From Parcubacteria group bacterium (lineage in GTDB: Bacteria > Patescibacteriota > Minisyncoccia > Phycocordibacterales > Phycocordibacteraceae), in contig JAQBQV010000011.1 of the NCBI GenBank assembly GCA_028286825.1, forward strand, positions 12,920 through 76,919: a stretch of DNA of 64,000 bases, read 5' to 3'. Under the pieces are notes generated by a model that made no database searches, was not told where the DNA came from, and was given only the letters and a program-made list of their open reading frames with translations. Made by a program: the position numbers and the translations under genes. Shown piece by piece: positions 10,199 to 19,090 of the stretch. Position 1 is the first letter of the stretch. The number at the start of each line of letters is the position of its first letter.

Positions 10199-10717
10199 TT
10201 AGTCGAAAATTTCAATACCGTCAGGTAAATCGCGTTTCAAGACCTTAATTTTTTTAATCGGCGCAACTGGTGTATAGCTTACAAACTCGACGCCAGGTTT
10301 ATCTGGGTGTGGTACAAACTTAGATCTATCAAGTACATAGATCCAACCTGAGGCTGAGTCTTTAAGGTTTTCAGCGGTGTCTCGACGTATGGCGAAATGC
10401 AACCGATCGGTAGTAGCTCCGTCGTCATGCATAGATGTACGGTTTCCAAAGCTCACAGTTGAAGACCCTCCAGTCACGTTACTCCCTTTCAGTAGTGCAG
10501 AGAATATAGCCATATCGGCTTTGCTCGATGCAAAAACGGCTGGCACGCCATCCGGCCCGGTTTCAGTATCCATTGCTTGCCGCGGCTCGAGTTCCGCAAC
10601 GTCCACATCAGTACCTGAAAAAAAGTATTTGTCTTCGGCTTCAAGGTCATACAGCTCCTGCTTTTCAGGCGAAAGTGGTTTTTTCTCAAATTCTGCAGAT
10701 GGCATTTGTTCGCCCAT
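10199..10717 (-). CDS. Hypothetical acidic protein.
   Basis: 172-aa ORF with no recognisable motif. Confidence 0.4.
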   Translation of the reverse strand: MGEQMPSAEFEKKPLSPEKQELYDLEAEDKYFFSGTDVDVAELEPRQAMDTETGPDGVPAVFASSKADMAIFSALLKGSNVTGGSSTVSFGNRTSMHDDGATTDRLHFAIRRDTAENLKDSASGWIYVLDRSKFVPHPDKPGVEFVSYTPVAPIKKIKVLKRDLPDGIEIFD

Positions 10718-10721
10718 AGAG

Positions 10722-11747
10722 TTATTGCTTCGCTAAAATGCTTTTTTGATACGTATCTAAATGCTTGAGCGCAATGCCGGTACCGCGTGCGACACAATAG
10801 TAAGGGTCAGTGGCGAGCTTTGCCTGGACGCCGGTGCGACGGTACACAAGCTCAGGCATTAACCTAAGTTGCGAAGAGCCGCCTGTGAGAATAATGCCGT
10901 TGTCGATGATGTCGGCAGCAAGCTCGGGTGGTGTGTCTTGAAGTACTTTGCGCACTGCCTGCGTCATTTCGCGGAGCTCCCGAGACATTGCCTGGACCAG
11001 ATCGTTCGTCGAGATCTCGACCGTGCGCGGCAAGCCGCTCATAAGGTCGCGACCTTTGACGCTCATGGTCAGCTCTTCGTTCATCGGTACGGCAGCCCCC
11101 ACTTTAATTTTTATATCTTCAGCGGTCTTGTCGCCTATCGCTAAGTTATGCTGCTTCTTTACGTGGTCGACTACAGCGCGATCAAGCCTGTCGCCCGCGC
11201 ACTTCACACTTGTCGAGGCGACGATACCGCCAAGAGAAATCACTGCAACGTCGATCGTACCGCCACCAATGTCAGCGATCATACGACCCATCGGTTCGTG
11301 AATCGGAATCCCAGCCCCAATCGCGGCAAGGATCGGCTCCTTCACGACGTACGCGTTCTTCGCGCCCGCCTTAAGCGCCGCCTCGATCACGGCGCGCTTC
11401 TCGGTAGAAGTAACGCCCGCCGGGACGGAGACAAGCACCGTTGGCTTAAATGGATTCCTTCCGAGCGCTTTACGAATAAAATAACGAAGCATCGCCTCAG
11501 TGACGCGATAATCAGCGATCACGCCATCTTTCATCGGGCGGTACGCCACGATGTCGTCAGGAGTGCGTCCGATCATTTGCTTGGCTTCCGTCCCGATCGC
11601 CATGATCTTGTTCCCGCGTTTGCCATCTCGATTCTTCCCTACTGCCACAACGGACGGTTCATTGATCACCACGCCTTTGCCGGGGACAAAAACGAGCACG
11701 TTGGTGGTACCGAGATCGATCCCAAGCTTTGGGGAAAAGAAGGACAT
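10722..11747 (-). CDS. Second MreB/Mbl-like actin homologue.
   Basis: MSFFSPKLGIDLGTTNVLVFV...DIGGGTIDVAV. The start is taken at the internal Met (11747); the longer track ORF carries a spurious N-terminal extension. Confidence 0.8.
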   Translation of the reverse strand: MSFFSPKLGIDLGTTNVLVFVPGKGVVINEPSVVAVGKNRDGKRGNKIMAIGTEAKQMIGRTPDDIVAYRPMKDGVIADYRVTEAMLRYFIRKALGRNPFKPTVLVSVPAGVTSTEKRAVIEAALKAGAKNAYVVKEPILAAIGAGIPIHEPMGRMIADIGGGTIDVAVISLGGIVASTSVKCAGDRLDRAVVDHVKKQHNLAIGDKTAEDIKIKVGAAVPMNEELTMSVKGRDLMSGLPRTVEISTNDLVQAMSRELREMTQAVRKVLQDTPPELAADIIDNGIILTGGSSQLRLMPELVYRRTGVQAKLATDPYYCVARGTGIALKHLDTYQKSILAKQ

Positions 11748-11772
11748 TAGGCCTAATGTTACACTACCTCCT

Positions 11773-13083
11773 ATGCAAGGCGAAATGAGCTTTATTATCG
11801 AGGGCGGCAAACCGCTTTCTGGGCGCGTCGAGACGAGCAGGTCTAAGAATGGCGCAGTCGCACTTCTTGCGGCTTCTCTCCTAAATAAAGGGACGACTAC
11901 TCTCAAGCGTGTACCGCAAATCGAAGAAGTGAATCGCCTCATTGAAGTTCTTGAATCGATCGGGATGAAGGTCGAGCGCGATGGCAGCACCATTACGCTT
12001 ACTCCGCCCACGAGTTACTCTCTCGAGACAATAAATAAAGCTGCCGCTACACGTACGCGCAGCATTCTAATGTTTATCGGACCACTCATCCACCACTTCA
12101 ATTCTTTTGACCTCCCTCAATCTGGGGGCTGCAATTTTGGGACGCGAACCGTCCGCCCTCACTTATGGGCATTACAACGTTTCGGTGTCGCGATTGATGC
12201 ACTGACTGACAGTTTCCATGTGAATCATAATGGACTCTCGCCTGCGACAATCATTCTCGAAGAGTCAAGCGATACTGCGACCGAAAATGCACTTTTCGCA
12301 GCGGCATTGATCCCGGGAACGTCAGTCATCAAATACGCGTCTGCTAATTACCAGGTACAGGAAATTTGCGGATTCCTGCGAGCCCTCGGTGTAAAAATTG
12401 ATGGCGTGGGGACAACTACGCTTGTCGTCACTGGTGCTCGTGACATAGCGATTGACGTCGAATACACCGTCGCACAAGACCCGACTGATGCAATGTTTTT
12501 CCTTGCGAGCGGTATTGTGACCAAGTCTGACCTCAGTATTTTGCATGCGCCTATCGAATTTCTTGAGATCGAACTCGCGGTGCTTGAGAAAATGAGACTA
12601 ACGTTTAGTGTCACGGACGCGGGCGTATCAGAAAATGGCATTACAAAACTTGCCGACATTCATATTGAACCGTCAGAGCTCATTGCCTTTCCAGAAAAGA
12701 TTCATGCGCGCCCTTACCCCGGCCTCAACATTGACAACCTTCCCTTCTTTGCCGTGATCGGCACAGTAGCCTCAGGCATGACGTTTATTCACGACTGGAC
12801 CTTTGAGAAACGCGCGATTTATTACACTGAGCTCGATCGCCTCGGGGCTGATACGCGCCTTATGGACCCGCACCGTATTCAAATAGTGGGACCGACGCAC
12901 TTGCGCGCAGCAGAAATCATTTGCCCTCCCGCACTGCGCCCGGCGACCATTATTCTCGTTGCCATGCTGGCTGCCAGTGGCCGCTCGACACTTCGCAACG
13001 TCTACTCGATCAATCGCGGTTACGAAGACATAGTCGCGCGCCTCCAAAAGCTCGGTGCCTCAATTGAAGCCCACACGACGTAG
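11773..13083 (+). CDS. murA: UDP-N-acetylglucosamine 1-carboxyvinyltransferase.
   Basis: MSFIIEGGKPLSGRVETSRSKNGAVALLAASLL is a MurA N-terminus. Full length with the EPSP-synthase fold. The start is ATG at 11773 or 11785. Confidence 0.9.
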   Translation: MQGEMSFIIEGGKPLSGRVETSRSKNGAVALLAASLLNKGTTTLKRVPQIEEVNRLIEVLESIGMKVERDGSTITLTPPTSYSLETINKAAATRTRSILMFIGPLIHHFNSFDLPQSGGCNFGTRTVRPHLWALQRFGVAIDALTDSFHVNHNGLSPATIILEESSDTATENALFAAALIPGTSVIKYASANYQVQEICGFLRALGVKIDGVGTTTLVVTGARDIAIDVEYTVAQDPTDAMFFLASGIVTKSDLSILHAPIEFLEIELAVLEKMRLTFSVTDAGVSENGITKLADIHIEPSELIAFPEKIHARPYPGLNIDNLPFFAVIGTVASGMTFIHDWTFEKRAIYYTELDRLGADTRLMDPHRIQIVGPTHLRAAEIICPPALRPATIILVAMLAASGRSTLRNVYSINRGYEDIVARLQKLGASIEAHTT

Positions 13084-13085
13084 GT

Positions 13086-13370
13086 ATGAAATCAATTGGC
13101 GACATTCTCCCTGAATACAACAAAAAAGCGGCAGAGGAGCCGAAAGGGCGAAAGCGTAAGACTGAGCGCGGCGAGATGATGCGCTTCTTTTTGCGACATT
13201 TAAATTACTCTCGCAAAACAGACGGCCTTCCGCCCATGACGATGGCCCACTTGGGCACCGTGCTTGAGCAGATCCCCACGCAAGATCTCTATTATTTAAA
13301 AAGTGTGTGCAGTCAGGCAAAGAGTTTTAGTAAAACGTTTTGGTGGGAGTTGGATCCGACGAAGCATTAA
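13086..13370 (+). CDS. Hypothetical small basic protein.
   Basis: 94-aa ORF starting 3 nt after the murA stop, consistent with translational coupling. Confidence 0.35.
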   Translation: MKSIGDILPEYNKKAAEEPKGRKRKTERGEMMRFFLRHLNYSRKTDGLPPMTMAHLGTVLEQIPTQDLYYLKSVCSQAKSFSKTFWWELDPTKH

Positions 13371-13401
13371 AAAAGCGGCCACCTTTCGGTGGCCTTGCGC
13401 T

Positions 13402-13992
13402 CTATCCCTGATTAATACTTCGAACACCGAGTAAGTATTCATTGGGGCTGAAAGTTGTGTTGGTGATTGGAAGAATTTTTAGCTTTCGCGTCCACTTCTT
13501 TCTGTCCTTGTCGTACTCGTAGACAAGAGCGGACGCGGCAAATTGACCATGCCGAAGTGTTTCCTGCCCAACCGCAAATATAATGCGGCGCTCAGTTCCT
13601 CCCTTAAAGTGCTGCTGCACGTACGCGAGCAACTGTTCAAAGTTTGCTGGGTTAAACTTCATGTCCCCAGCCTTCATTGCAGACGTTATCGTCAAACCAG
13701 GTGGGTGTCCCATTGCTGGAAACAATTTGTACTCAAGCACCTCGACACCCTTGATTTTGTACGCACTACTCATCAACCCGTCGCGAATCGGCTGTTCGAC
13801 CGCGTCAAAGTGTCCTCTATCGAGAAGCTGATCGAGACGGTGACTGTAGTTAACGGTAATTTTTGAGCCAGCATGTGTGGCGAGAGCCGGCCCCGTCGCC
13901 GCAGCTGACTCGTCTCCAAGAAGCGGAGTCGAGAACGCAATCAAACACAGTGCCAGTACTATTAAGAACGAGCGAAACATGAAGACCTCCAC
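13402..13992 (-). CDS. Secreted hypothetical protein.
   Basis: 196 aa with an N-terminal signal-peptide-like segment (FRSFLIVLALCLIAF). Confidence 0.5.
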   Translation of the reverse strand: MEVFMFRSFLIVLALCLIAFSTPLLGDESAAATGPALATHAGSKITVNYSHRLDQLLDRGHFDAVEQPIRDGLMSSAYKIKGVEVLEYKLFPAMGHPPGLTITSAMKAGDMKFNPANFEQLLAYVQQHFKGGTERRIIFAVGQETLRHGQFAASALVYEYDKDRKKWTRKLKILPITNTTFSPNEYLLGVRSINQG

Positions 13993-14083
13993 GAGAGTTG
14001 AAAGGTGTGAGCTTCTTTAACAGATCTGCGTCCCTCTCCCCATACTCTACGACAGAAAGGGCTGTTCTGCTATACTAGGCAAC

Positions 14084-14614
14084 ATGAAAGAAATCGTGCA
14101 AGACGGCGCTTCAATATTACGCGAAGTAGCAGAGTTAGTGCCTGAGTCAATGTTTGGCACCCCTGAGCTCAAGGCACTCATCGCGACTATGACTGATGCA
14201 CTCGACCAGGAGCTCGAGGGAGTTGCGCTTGCTGCGCCCCAGATTGGCGTACCCTACCGTGTGTTTATCGTCCGAAAGGATCGCACTCTCCCACCCGAGC
14301 CTGAAGGAACTGTAGCGACAATACCTCCAGTCCCGGTAATTGAAGTGTACGTGAACCCTGAAATCGTTAAAACGTCGAAGAAGCGCGCGCTCGCTGATGA
14401 AGGCTGTCTCTCAGTGCGAGGTGTCTACGGCACTACCAGTCGCCACGAGCGAGCGACCGTTCGAGCTCGCACCATCGACGGGTCGAAGTTTGAGCGCGGC
14501 CGCGGCGGGCTCATGGCACAAATTTTTGAACACGAGATCGATCACTTGAACGGTATTCTCTTTATTGATCACGCCGAGCACCTCGTCCACCTCCACCATG
14601 AACCAGTCGCATAA
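14084..14614 (+). CDS. def: Peptide deformylase.
   Basis: Carries the GLAAPQIG, EGCLSV and HEIDHLNG motifs. Confidence 0.9.
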   Translation: MKEIVQDGASILREVAELVPESMFGTPELKALIATMTDALDQELEGVALAAPQIGVPYRVFIVRKDRTLPPEPEGTVATIPPVPVIEVYVNPEIVKTSKKRALADEGCLSVRGVYGTTSRHERATVRARTIDGSKFERGRGGLMAQIFEHEIDHLNGILFIDHAEHLVHLHHEPVA

Positions 14615-15428
14615 CTTCGTTTTTTTTGGCACACCGACTGTCGCGAGTGAGACACTAGCCACACTCCTTAAATATGGGTTTGTTCCAAGCCTGGTCGTTA
14701 CTTCGCCTGACGCTCCGAAGGGCCGAGGGCTCACGCTCACTCCGTCTCCGACTAAAGTACTCGCGACCGAGCGAGGGATCGCCGTCATCACTCCCGAGAT
14801 CCTCGATCAAGCTACGATTGACGCCATCAAGGCATTCGACGCTGAATATGGAATCTGCGTCGCCTATGGCAAAATTTTTCCTGAAGAATTGATCGCCGCC
14901 TTCCCGCTGGGAGTACTCAACGTGCACTACTCACTCCTCCCGAAATACCGCGGGGCAACACCGCTTGAGGGTGCGCTACTTGCTGGTGAAAGCGAAACCG
15001 GCGTCACGATACAGAAGATGGTTAAGGCACTTGATGCGGGCGACATAGTCGCGCAAGAGTCAACACCGATCGAGCCCTTTGAGACTGCACGTGAGCTACG
15101 CCCGCGCCTCATTACGCTCGGCGCACGACTTCTCGCCGACTCGCTTCCTGCTTTTGTGGCCGGATCCATTACCACAACTCAGCAGGACGAATCGCTCGCA
15201 ACACGCTCCGGCAAGATAAATAAATCAGATGGTGAGCTTAATATCTCTTCAGACGCGGTAGCAAACTGGAATAAGTATCGAGCGTACACTGACTCGATCG
15301 GCACGTACTTCTTCGAGAACGGTAAGCGACTGAAAATCATTGCTGCCACTTTTAAAGACGGGACGTTTACTGTCGAGCGCGTAATCCCCGAGGGGAAAAA
15401 TGAGACCTCCTACCCTCTCCACACTTAA
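14598..15428 (+). CDS. fmt: Methionyl-tRNA formyltransferase.
   Basis: FFGTP...SLVVTSPDAPKGRG and HxSLLPxxRG motifs. It overlaps the def 3' end. Confidence 0.85.
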   Translation: MNQSHNFVFFGTPTVASETLATLLKYGFVPSLVVTSPDAPKGRGLTLTPSPTKVLATERGIAVITPEILDQATIDAIKAFDAEYGICVAYGKIFPEELIAAFPLGVLNVHYSLLPKYRGATPLEGALLAGESETGVTIQKMVKALDAGDIVAQESTPIEPFETARELRPRLITLGARLLADSLPAFVAGSITTTQQDESLATRSGKINKSDGELNISSDAVANWNKYRAYTDSIGTYFFENGKRLKIIAATFKDGTFTVERVIPEGKNETSYPLHT

Positions 15429-15459
15429 AATTCACCCACGCGTAGTAGTATAGAAGTCT

Positions 15460-16008
15460 ATGACATACCTAACTGAAGGAGCGAGAGTGCCTGACGTCGT
15501 ATTTAAAACCCGTGTGCGAGATGAATCGCTTGGCGGAGAAAACCCCTACCGTTGGCAGGATGTTACTACCGCAGAAGTGTTTAGCGGAAAGAAGATTATG
15601 GTGCTCGCCTTACCCGGAGCATTTACACCTATCTGCGACTCAGTGCACCTACCCGGATATGAGGCTCACTACGACGAATTTAAAGAGTTTGATATTGACG
15701 GGGTGTACTGTATTTCAGTTAACGATGCCTATGTGATGAAGCGGTGGGCTGACAGTCTTGGCGTTAAGAATGTAAAAATGCTCCCTGACGGTAATGCTTG
15801 GTTTACCCGCGCAATGGGTATGCTCGTAAAGAAGGAAAATCTCGGCTTCGGCGAGCGCAGTTGGCGATACTCAATGCTGGTAGAAGACGGCGTGATCAAG
15901 AAGCTTTTTGTAGAGCCAGGCTTTTCGGACAACAGTAATGACGATCCATTAGAAGTCTCAGACGCTGACACAATGCTCGCCTACTTAGGCGATTCAAAAA
16001 ATCAATAA
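15460..16008 (+). CDS. Peroxiredoxin of the Prx5/AhpC-TSA family.
   Basis: LPGAFTPICD peroxidatic-Cys motif in a Prx5-like fold. Confidence 0.85.
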   Translation: MTYLTEGARVPDVVFKTRVRDESLGGENPYRWQDVTTAEVFSGKKIMVLALPGAFTPICDSVHLPGYEAHYDEFKEFDIDGVYCISVNDAYVMKRWADSLGVKNVKMLPDGNAWFTRAMGMLVKKENLGFGERSWRYSMLVEDGVIKKLFVEPGFSDNSNDDPLEVSDADTMLAYLGDSKNQ

Positions 16009-16024
16009 AACAAGTTGAATTGGT

Positions 16025-16387
16025 CTAGCGACCGAACCTAAACATTTCTTTCATAGCTGCGCCACCACGACGGATGAAGCGTCGTGCTCGCCCGCGCGAT
16101 TTTCGGATCCCACTCTCAAGCTCGCCTCGAACGCGATCAGCCGCACTCGCTGCACTCGGCTTGACTGCCTCGGCATGAAAGACTTGGCCGTTGACTGAGA
16201 GGTTGGCGACGAGCCGTGTAGGAGTTGAAGATCTGCCTTCAGCTGGAGCATCTTCAAGCTCGACTTCTAGAAGTGCGGAATCGCCGAGCTCACCCAAAAG
16301 TCGTAGAGGTGCAGCAAGTTTCTCTTCGATAATAGCTTCAGTCTGTGGGGTTAGCTGATACTTAGTCGCTTTAATAGTGATATTCAT
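16025..16387 (-). CDS. hpf: Ribosome hibernation promoting factor (RaiA/HPF).
   Basis: MNITIKATKYQLTPQTEAIIEEKL is a canonical HPF N-terminus. The basic C-terminal tail is also present. Confidence 0.8.
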   Translation of the reverse strand: MNITIKATKYQLTPQTEAIIEEKLAAPLRLLGELGDSALLEVELEDAPAEGRSSTPTRLVANLSVNGQVFHAEAVKPSAASAADRVRGELESGIRKSRGRARRFIRRGGAAMKEMFRFGR

Positions 16388-16473
16388 TGTATATAGAATC
16401 AGCTGATAACACTTTATAAGTATAGTACGAATCTTCGCTTAATTATGAGTTGCCTATGCTAGGGCGTCCTTTT

Positions 16474-17043
16474 TTATTTTCGCGAATACCTACCAATCAA
16501 TTTGGTTTCAGCGATTACAGATGGCTTAAGGGAGTTGAGCACCTCTTGTTTTGTCGCACCCGGCTGGAGAGTAAGTGTATCGCGGAGCGCAAAGAGCTTG
16601 AAAATATATCGATGCTCATGCGGCTCATATTCTGGAGGAGGGCACGGACCTGTGTAGGACTGCTCCCCCGTGCTCGTCGCTCCTAGTGTTCCGACGTTCT
16701 TGCCTTCCGGTATCTCGCTCGTTTCAGGCGGAATATTAAAAAGAGTCCAATGGTCGAAGCTATCGATTCCAAACTCTTTTTTCTTTTCCTCAGGAATGTC
16801 AGGGTCGTCCATGATAAGCACGAGCGACTTTGCCGCTTCAGGTACGCCACTAATGGTAAGCGGGGGTGACAGGCTCCTGTCGCCGTCACAGGTGTATTTA
16901 GCCGGGATCATCCCACCCTCCTCAAACGCTGGGCTAGTCAGTTCAAGGTTTCCATCCATTCTGGCCATTTTAACATTGCGACATATGATTTTTCGGTTAG
17001 AATGCGATAACGCCCTCCGCTCAAGGCTGAGGGCAAAGAACAT
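16474..17043 (-). CDS. YbhB/YbcL-family PEBP (phosphatidylethanolamine-binding protein).
   Basis: DDPDIPEE...FDHWTLFNIP...GPCPPPE...HRYIFKLFAL are PEBP motifs. Confidence 0.8.
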   Translation of the reverse strand: MFFALSLERRALSHSNRKIICRNVKMARMDGNLELTSPAFEEGGMIPAKYTCDGDRSLSPPLTISGVPEAAKSLVLIMDDPDIPEEKKKEFGIDSFDHWTLFNIPPETSEIPEGKNVGTLGATSTGEQSYTGPCPPPEYEPHEHRYIFKLFALRDTLTLQPGATKQEVLNSLKPSVIAETKLIGRYSRK

Positions 17044-17190
17044 TCCGCGGTAGCTCAGTGGTAAGCCGTCCGAACGGCTTCCTCCCGGCGCTTGCCTCGG
17101 ATGACTGAAAGCAGACTTTCACTCATCACTCGGCGCGCTTGGTAGTAGAGCGGCTCGCAGAAAACGAGTGAGAGCATTTAGAATCGTAGT
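17044..17190 (+). pseudogene. Decayed tRNA copy. It has the tRNA-Asn 5' end plus degenerate D/anticodon-arm-like sequence and no matching 3' acceptor strand.
   Basis: The first 20 nt (TCCGCGGTAGCTCAGTGGTA) are identical to the 5' end of the downstream tRNA-Asn. Later GGTAGTAGAGCGGCTCGCAGAAAACGAG resembles its D/anticodon arms. No cloverleaf can be closed. Confidence 0.4.
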
Positions 17191-17195
17191 AACAT

Positions 17196-17267
17196 TCCGC
17201 GGTAGCTCAGTGGTAGAGCGGCTCGCTGTTAACGAGTTGGTCGTAGGTTCGAATCCTACCCGCGGAG
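17196..17267 (+). tRNA. tRNA-Asn(GTT).
   Basis: Manual cloverleaf fold. Acceptor TCCGCGG/CCGCGGA, D arm GCTC-AGTGGTA-GAGC, anticodon arm GCTCG-CTGTTAA-CGAGT with anticodon GTT, T arm GTAGG-TTCGAAT-CCTAC, discriminator G. No CCA is encoded. Confidence 0.85.
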
Positions 17268-18962
17268 CAAAGTTTGGAAATGAGGTGCAGAAGCCTGGAA
17301 AGACTCTTGATTATCAAGGGTCTTTTTAGGTTCTAACGACTTCAAGAGCGCCCGCTGTGAGGTAACTTCGTTTTCGATGAGTAAAAACGGATGAAGCTTG
17401 TGTATGCTGAGTTTTCTATCCTTTAGTGTCATGTTCGAGCCGATGGTAGAGAATATAGTCCTCTTCTTTCTCAAGTCTCCTGTATTGAAATGATGCAGGG
17501 CGAATGCGCAGAATTTGAATGTTCGTTCAGCCGCAGCTAGCGACTGATCAAGTGTGTCTCGCGTAGAAGCTAATTGCTTTTCAGCTTGATCGCGATCAGC
17601 GACTATTTCCGACTTTAGCTTCCTAAATTCCTCTGAGGTATATAACTCGTGATTAGTGTTTTGCGGTGAGGTATATTCGCGGTGAAGATTCTTAAGACGC
17701 GTTTGGCAAGACTCATACACGGACTCGAGAGACTTGCGGGCTACACCTTCTTCTTTTCCAAAATGCTTCTGCTTATCCGCTAGGTAATCGAGAGCCAATG
17801 CCAAATAGTCTTGGTCTATGTTGATCTTCATGAGTTCCTCGGCAAACTGAGTTTCGAGTTCCTCAAGGCGAATAGTCTTCTGGCTGCATGTGCGGTCCTT
17901 CTTCTTAGTACAGCGGTAGTACGTGTAATGAAGGACAGTCGGATTATGCATTGAAGATATGTCTACCGAACACTTTGGACAAGCGGTCTTGTTTTCGTAC
18001 GCGAATTTATGCTTACACACCGAGCAAATGAGCTGGTGTTTATCTTCAGCCGTGATCATTGAATCGCACTCTCCACAATGAATGAGGCCCGTATATGCAA
18101 AGGTACGAGTCTTCGGTTGCGGTTTACCTTTCTTGCCTAAGAGTGTCTGCGCTCGCCAATACTCTGCTTCAGTGATCATCGGGTCATGATTTCCCTTAAG
18201 AAGACGCTTCTCTCCTGTTTCCGGGTCTATCCATGGGAAGTAACCGTAGTAGAAAGGGTCGCTAAAGATTTTATACACATGGCTCATGGTAAGTGGATGA
18301 CCACCTATCCTGCGCCGCTGAAGCGTTCGAAGACCCCACTGCTCATTGGCCATACTTCGTATTGATGACACAGAATAAGTGCCGCTCAAGAACATATCCC
18401 ACATTCGCCGCACGAGGTCGAAACGATCAGGGTCACTCGCTATAGTTTTATTACCCTTTTCGATCCCTACGTTTAGGTATCCAATAGGGCCACCTGAAGG
18501 TCTCCATCCTCTTATAGCTTTACCGTTTAAACCGCGTTTAACATTCTTTGATAAGCGCATTACATAATCAGTTGCTCTGCCTCCCTCGATGCTCATGAGG
18601 AGACCTGCGTCTTCGGGATAGTAGGAGCGGCTCGGCGTTTTAATAACCTTGATAACTGCTTTTTGGAGCATCCATTGAAGTCGCCCGTTATCGATAGGGT
18701 TGCGAGACAAACGGTCAATGTCCCAACATAGAAGTGCGTCTGCCTCACCAGCTTCAATGCGGTCGAGCATAGCGCCAAATACGAGTCTACCAGGGTCTTT
18801 TGCGCTGCGTTCTTCAATGTAGGGTGGTCTCACCAACAATAGTCCTTCACGCTCAATAATTACGCCTAGAGCCTTAGTTTGGTCCCCTATCGAGGCAATC
18901 TGGCGCTGACTGTCCTCCGAGCTCTTACGAGCATATATGAAGTATTTTGGGGTCGTGTTCAT
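17256..18962 (-). CDS. Large serine recombinase (phage-integrase type).
   Basis: An N-terminal resolvase catalytic domain (YARKSSEDSQRQ), a recombinase domain, a Zn-ribbon (CGECDS...CSVC...CPKC) and a C-terminal coiled coil. 568 aa. Its 3' end overlaps tRNA-Asn by about 12 nt. Confidence 0.85.
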   Translation of the reverse strand: MNTTPKYFIYARKSSEDSQRQIASIGDQTKALGVIIEREGLLLVRPPYIEERSAKDPGRLVFGAMLDRIEAGEADALLCWDIDRLSRNPIDNGRLQWMLQKAVIKVIKTPSRSYYPEDAGLLMSIEGGRATDYVMRLSKNVKRGLNGKAIRGWRPSGGPIGYLNVGIEKGNKTIASDPDRFDLVRRMWDMFLSGTYSVSSIRSMANEQWGLRTLQRRRIGGHPLTMSHVYKIFSDPFYYGYFPWIDPETGEKRLLKGNHDPMITEAEYWRAQTLLGKKGKPQPKTRTFAYTGLIHCGECDSMITAEDKHQLICSVCKHKFAYENKTACPKCSVDISSMHNPTVLHYTYYRCTKKKDRTCSQKTIRLEELETQFAEELMKINIDQDYLALALDYLADKQKHFGKEEGVARKSLESVYESCQTRLKNLHREYTSPQNTNHELYTSEEFRKLKSEIVADRDQAEKQLASTRDTLDQSLAAAERTFKFCAFALHHFNTGDLRKKRTIFSTIGSNMTLKDRKLSIHKLHPFLLIENEVTSQRALLKSLEPKKTLDNQESFQASAPHFQTLLRG

Positions 18963-19090
18963 AGCAGGCTGTGACTTATCGTAACACCTGAAAGATGGCA
19001 GTTATTGCTAGGTAATATCATCTTGCCGAATTGCCATTCTTTATTTCCCAAAGGGAATGAATTGAATTTGGTAATTTGGCAAAACATATA

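Noticed and set aside
11148-11750. 200-aa plus-strand ORF.
   Set aside because: It lies entirely antisense within the well-supported mreB-like gene and has His/Arg-rich low-complexity composition typical of antisense ORFs.
17044-17190. The first tRNA-like segment was considered as a functional intron-containing tRNA.
   Set aside because: No 3' acceptor strand complementary to TCCGCGG exists downstream and the D arm is disrupted. It was kept only as a pseudo-tRNA or scar.
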